From contig JALHMH010000001.1 in the NCBI GenBank assembly GCA_022844165.1, positions 64,001 through 128,000 of the forward strand: a stretch of DNA of 64,000 nucleotides, given 5' to 3'. The notes below the pieces were generated by a model, which saw only the letters and a program-made list of their open reading frames with translations, made no database searches and was not told the origin of the DNA. Positions 59,805-64,000 of the stretch are shown in pieces (the stretch's first letter is position 1; each line of letters opens with the position of its first letter). The DNA is from Lysobacterales bacterium (GTDB lineage Bacteria > Pseudomonadota > Gammaproteobacteria > Xanthomonadales > SZUA-5). Made by a program: the position numbers and the translations under genes.

Positions 59805-60042
59805 TCGTAGTGACGATCAGCAAAGCAGGGCGAAGCATGCCATGGCAAGTTCGCATCGCGCGCCGCCGTGATCACTTGTTACCAAATGTCTCGCTACGCG
59901 GCCAGACCGATCAATCGTTCCGAGACCGAAACGCCGCCACTTTCTCTCGTGATCCGAAGCAGTGGAGGGTAGCGACGCCCAAAAAGGTGCGGGCGCACTC
60001 GGGTTGCGTACAATCTGCGCCCAGGTTGTCGGGAGGAAGTAC

Positions 60043-63000
60043 GTGCGCGCGACTGGGTTCGACCTGGAAGAGGTGATCTATGCTGCGGGCGAAACGGTCG
60101 TTGCCAAGGCAACGCACGAAGGCGCGCGCGTGGTCTTGAAGTTCCACGATAATCCGCGGCCAGCGCCTGAGCTGCTGGCCCGATGGCGCCATGAGTACGC
60201 AACGCTGACGACCATCCGTTCGCCGCTGGTTGTTCGTGCGCTGGCGCTGAAGGAAAGCGAACGCGGCCTGGTACTGGTTCTCGAGAACTTCGAGTCGATT
60301 AATCTTGCGCAGCTGATTGCGCGAGATCAGCTGGATCTGGCCGATCGTTTGTCCCTGGCCATCAGCCTTGCACGCGGCATCGGTGCAGTGCACGAACACC
60401 AGTTCATCCACGGCGATATCGCACCGAAGAATGTGCTGGTGAATCCGGCCTCGCTGGATCTGAAGATCTGCGACTTTGGCCTGGCGTCACGCATCGATGT
60501 CCAGCCTCGCCGCAGCGACGGCACGATGATGGTCGGTACGCTCGAGTACATGTCGCCGGAACAAACCGGCCGGACCAATCTTGATGTCGACTACCGCAGC
60601 GACTTCTATTCCCTCGGCGCCACACTATACGAGCTGTTTGCCGGCCGAGTTCCGTTCCTGGCGCAGGACCCGATGAGCCTGTTGCACGCGCAACTGGCAA
60701 GCCTTCCCGTTCCATTGCATGAGCTCGATACGACGATCCCGGAGCCACTGTCGGCTATCGTACAGAAGCTTCTGGCCAAACATCCGGATGATCGTTACCA
60801 GAGTAGTTTTGGGCTCATCCAGGATCTCGAAACGTGCGCCGAAAGCTGGCGCAAATCCGGGCGAATCGAACGTTTCTCGCTGGCCAGGCACGACGTTCCA
60901 GAACATTTTTGCATCGCGCAAAAACTCTACGGGCGACAAGACGAGTGCGCCCGCGTGCTGTCTGCGTTCAAACGCGCCGTCGCCAATGCCAGCGTTGAGT
61001 TCTTGCTGATCGGCGGTTATTCGGGCATCGGCAAGACGGCACTGGTCAATGAACTCCACCGGCCGGTGCTGTCGCGTCGCGGCTATCTGTTGCGCGGCAA
61101 ATGCGATCAATACAATCACAACCAACCGTACATCGCATTGCGCCAGGCTTTTGGCCAAATGCTGCAAACGCTCCTGCAAGAGGGGGCCGAGCGCCGCCAA
61201 TTTTGGAAAGTGCGGCTCACGGATGCGCTCGGCGCCAATCTGGCTGCGATTTCCGACATCGTTCCTGAACTGTCCCAGCTTGTTGGCAAACCGCTGCCAT
61301 TGCCGCCGTTACCCGCCGCAGAGAGCGAGCAGCGTTTCCACATCGCATTCGCGCAATTCGTTTTGGCGCTCTCGCCGCGCTCGCACCCGCTGTTGCTGTT
61401 TCTCGACGACCTGCAATGGGCCGATGTACCAACGCTGCGTTTACTTGAGCACCTTGCACGTTCCGATGGCGAACAGAGCGTGCTTCTGGTTGGCGCGTAT
61501 CGCGACAACGAAGTCAACGCGGGAGATCCGCTCGATATCACGCTTCGGGCGATCGAAAGAACGATGCGTATCGACCGCCTTCACCTTGGGGCCTTGACCT
61601 CTGGCGACGTCCGACAGCTCATCGCCGACACGCTGCACTCAACACCAGAATCGGTCGCCGAGCTGAGCGATCTGTGTGTTGAGAAAACGCGCGGCAACCC
61701 TTTTTTCCTAAGTCAGTTTTTGCGCAGCCTCTACGAACTCGGCGATATCTGCTACGACCGCGGAAAAGGCGCCTGGAATTGGAATCTGCCGCGCATTCGC
61801 CAACGCGGCATGACCGACAACGTGGTAGACCTGCTGCTGACCAAGCTGGGTTCCCTACCCGACGAAACGCAAGATCTGCTGGCGCGTGCGGCCCACCTGG
61901 GCAGCCGCTTCGATCAACGCGATCTGATGGCGATTGGACAATGCGATGCCCCAACGGTCGCCGAACGCCTGTGGCCGGCGCTTCAGGCAGGGCTGGTGAT
62001 GCCGCTCAACGACGACTACAAGTATGCGCAGAGCCCGGAGCGGCTCCAGGATGCGCGGTATCGCTTTTTGCACGACCGCGTTCAACAGGCGGCACATGAG
62101 CTGGTCTCCGAAGATAAGCGCGCTGAGCTGCGTCTGCATTGCGGCAGATCACTGCTGGCGACCAGCAACGAACTTGAACTTGAAGCACGCCTGTTTGTCA
62201 TTCTCGAGTCGCTCAATGACGCGATCGAGCTCATCGTCGACGGCGCAGAGCGTCGGCAGCTCTTGGAACTGAACCTGCGCGGCGGAATTCGCGCCAAAGC
62301 GTCATCGGCCTTCGCTGCGGCATTCACCATGTTGAGTCACGCCGCTCGTTTGTTGCCCACGGACGCTTGGCAATCCATGCCAGAGACAGCCTTGCAAGTG
62401 CACCGTCACCGCGCAGAAGCAGAGTATCTGAGTGGCGATTTCGATCGTGCCGAAGAACGGCTGGCGGCACTCATCGCGCAAGCCCCAGGTGTGGCTGCAA
62501 AAGTCACCTTATGCCTGACGCAAGTCGAACAGATGCACATCCGCGGCCACTTCTCGGCGGCATTCGATGTGTTGTGCGATGCACTGGCGCTCCTGGGCCA
62601 TGATTTTCCACGTACCGAAGAGGCTGCGGGCGCGTGTTTCACGACGGAATTCATCGCTATCGATGCTCGCCTCGAAAACCTCACCGAAGCAGATCTCGTT
62701 GCGCGACCAGAAATGACCGATAGCGAGCGGCTGCTGGAGATGCAGCTGTACTTCGGGCTTGCCTATGCAACCTATCAGATCAATCGTGGGCTGAGTTATG
62801 TGCTTGGTGCCTGTCGCATGGTGCGGACCACACTGGATCACGGCAACTGCGACCTGAGTTCCATCGCCTACGTGACTTATGAAACCGCGATGGCAGCGAT
62901 GGGCAAGCCGTATCCCGCCGTGTTTGCCATGGGCAAACTCGCGCGGCGGTTGGCTGAGTTGCGCGACAACCCGTATTTTCGGCTGTCGGTTTATCAATAT

Positions 63001-64000
63001 TTCGCAGCGTTCTATCAACACTGGTGCGACCCGCTACGAGATACGCTTGCGCATCTTGAACTGGGTCTGGATATGGGACGCGCCGGCATCAATCCGCTGG
63101 CGGCCGGGTATTGCGCGTTGCTGCGTCCGGTGAATGCGTTTATCGCAGGTCAATCGCTGGAAGACGTCGAAATGGAGGCCCAACAAGGTCTCGCTTTCTT
63201 GCAGCGTAGCCGCCAGCCGGCAACCGAAGTCATGTTGCGTTGCGCAGTCCTGCAACCCATCGCTGCGATGCGCGGCCGTTCGGTTGCCATCCAGAGTTTC
63301 GACACCGCCGATGTTCGCATCGGGACGTTGCTCGCCGATGACTTGACGACGCCATCGATCGGTCTTGCTTTCTACGCTTTTGCGATGACGCGTCACGCAT
63401 ACATCTTCGATCTGCCAAACGAGTGGCGTAGCGCTTCGGTTCGCCTGGCAATGATCGGGGCGCTCTTACCGGACAGTCCGGCGTTGGTAGAAGCCAGTTT
63501 TTTCAGAGCACTTGGCTTGCTGAGGTTCGATGCCGGCAATGACGGTGCGCTCGAAGAGGTCGAGGCCTTGCTTGGAAAGTTCGAATCCTGGGCGACCCAC
63601 TGCCCGGCGAACTTCGAGCACAAGGCGCTGATGATCCGGGGCGAACTGATGCGCGTGCATGGCGATGCACAAGGCGCGATGGATGTCTTTGCGCGCGCCA
63701 TCGACGCTGCTGGCGAATCTGGCTTTGCCCACATGGAAGCGCTCAGCAACGAGTTGTACGCCCTTTATTGGCAAGCCAACCAACAGCGCCAACTGGCCGG
63801 TAATTTCATTCGCGAGGCCTACTATCACTATCAACGCTGGGGCGCGTCGGCCAAGTGCAGGCAGATCGAAGCCCGCTGGCCGCACATGCTGTTTAGAGCC
63901 GTCGAGTTGCGCCGTTTTTCCGCAGGCTCGACCGGGAGCTATGGCGCAATTTCGTCGTCTGTTGGCACACTGGATCTGCATTCGCTGCTCAAGGCCAGTC
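60043..64000 (+). CDS. Ser/Thr kinase-AAA ATPase-TPR multidomain sensor (3'-truncated; probably continues into GAF and an output domain)
   Basis: Absent from the ORF track because it has no stop in the window. GGGAGG RBS then GTG 60043; IHGDIAPKN, DFGLA, GTLEYMSPEQTGR, GYSGIGKT, LFLDDLQWAD, GNPFF; ends LDLHSLLKAS. Confidence 0.9.
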   Translation, partial: MRATGFDLEEVIYAAGETVVAKATHEGARVVLKFHDNPRPAPELLARWRHEYATLTTIRSPLVVRALALKESERGLVLVLENFESINLAQLIARDQLDLADRLSLAISLARGIGAVHEHQFIHGDIAPKNVLVNPASLDLKICDFGLASRIDVQPRRSDGTMMVGTLEYMSPEQTGRTNLDVDYRSDFYSLGATLYELFAGRVPFLAQDPMSLLHAQLASLPVPLHELDTTIPEPLSAIVQKLLAKHPDDRYQSSFGLIQDLETCAESWRKSGRIERFSLARHDVPEHFCIAQKLYGRQDECARVLSAFKRAVANASVEFLLIGGYSGIGKTALVNELHRPVLSRRGYLLRGKCDQYNHNQPYIALRQAFGQMLQTLLQEGAERRQFWKVRLTDALGANLAAISDIVPELSQLVGKPLPLPPLPAAESEQRFHIAFAQFVLALSPRSHPLLLFLDDLQWADVPTLRLLEHLARSDGEQSVLLVGAYRDNEVNAGDPLDITLRAIERTMRIDRLHLGALTSGDVRQLIADTLHSTPESVAELSDLCVEKTRGNPFFLSQFLRSLYELGDICYDRGKGAWNWNLPRIRQRGMTDNVVDLLLTKLGSLPDETQDLLARAAHLGSRFDQRDLMAIGQCDAPTVAERLWPALQAGLVMPLNDDYKYAQSPERLQDARYRFLHDRVQQAAHELVSEDKRAELRLHCGRSLLATSNELELEARLFVILESLNDAIELIVDGAERRQLLELNLRGGIRAKASSAFAAAFTMLSHAARLLPTDAWQSMPETALQVHRHRAEAEYLSGDFDRAEERLAALIAQAPGVAAKVTLCLTQVEQMHIRGHFSAAFDVLCDALALLGHDFPRTEEAAGACFTTEFIAIDARLENLTEADLVARPEMTDSERLLEMQLYFGLAYATYQINRGLSYVLGACRMVRTTLDHGNCDLSSIAYVTYETAMAAMGKPYPAVFAMGKLARRLAELRDNPYFRLSVYQYFAAFYQHWCDPLRDTLAHLELGLDMGRAGINPLAAGYCALLRPVNAFIAGQSLEDVEMEAQQGLAFLQRSRQPATEVMLRCAVLQPIAAMRGRSVAIQSFDTADVRIGTLLADDLTTPSIGLAFYAFAMTRHAYIFDLPNEWRSASVRLAMIGALLPDSPALVEASFFRALGLLRFDAGNDGALEEVEALLGKFESWATHCPANFEHKALMIRGELMRVHGDAQGAMDVFARAIDAAGESGFAHMEALSNELYALYWQANQQRQLAGNFIREAYYHYQRWGASAKCRQIEARWPHMLFRAVELRRFSAGSTGSYGAISSSVGTLDLHSLLKAS

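Overview
GC-rich bacterial DNA whose core genes (speD divergent from clp/crp, grxD fusion, ssb, ispB, tRNA-Ser, orn, ispG, rlmM) point to a Xanthomonadales/Lysobacterales gammaproteobacterium. The first ~24 kb is an accessory block with three parts. (i) A tightly coupled + strand operon (<3..12163) encodes a tandem phycobiliprotein-like protein, a 2Fe-2S ferredoxin, two V4R proteins, a coiled-coil protein, a single-domain allophycocyanin-like protein, a Ser/Thr kinase, a CX5R phosphatase, a divergent ferredoxin-dependent bilin reductase and an NAD(P)H:ferredoxin reductase. Its gene content resembles the cyanobacterial slr0144-slr0152 ('pap') cluster. (ii) A - strand operon encodes heme oxygenase, a LuxR response regulator and a degenerate bacteriophytochrome hybrid kinase. 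(iii) A gas vesicle cluster (gvpA, C-like, N, V-like, O-like, F/L, G, J/S-like, K, J, Hsp20 and a CDC48-type AAA ATPase) is transcribed divergently from the heme oxygenase. Together these suggest a candidate bilin-based light or redox sensing system controlling buoyancy, in a host with no photosynthesis genes in this window. This functional link is inference. 24-43.7 kb is mostly housekeeping. 43.7-53.7 kb is a second accessory patch (pseudogene, DUF4365-type nuclease, frameshifted ankyrin gene, toxin-antitoxin modules). The window ends in a TonB-dependent receptor divergent from a 3'-truncated Ser/Thr kinase-AAA sensor. All family calls come from motif recognition by eye; no database searches were run.
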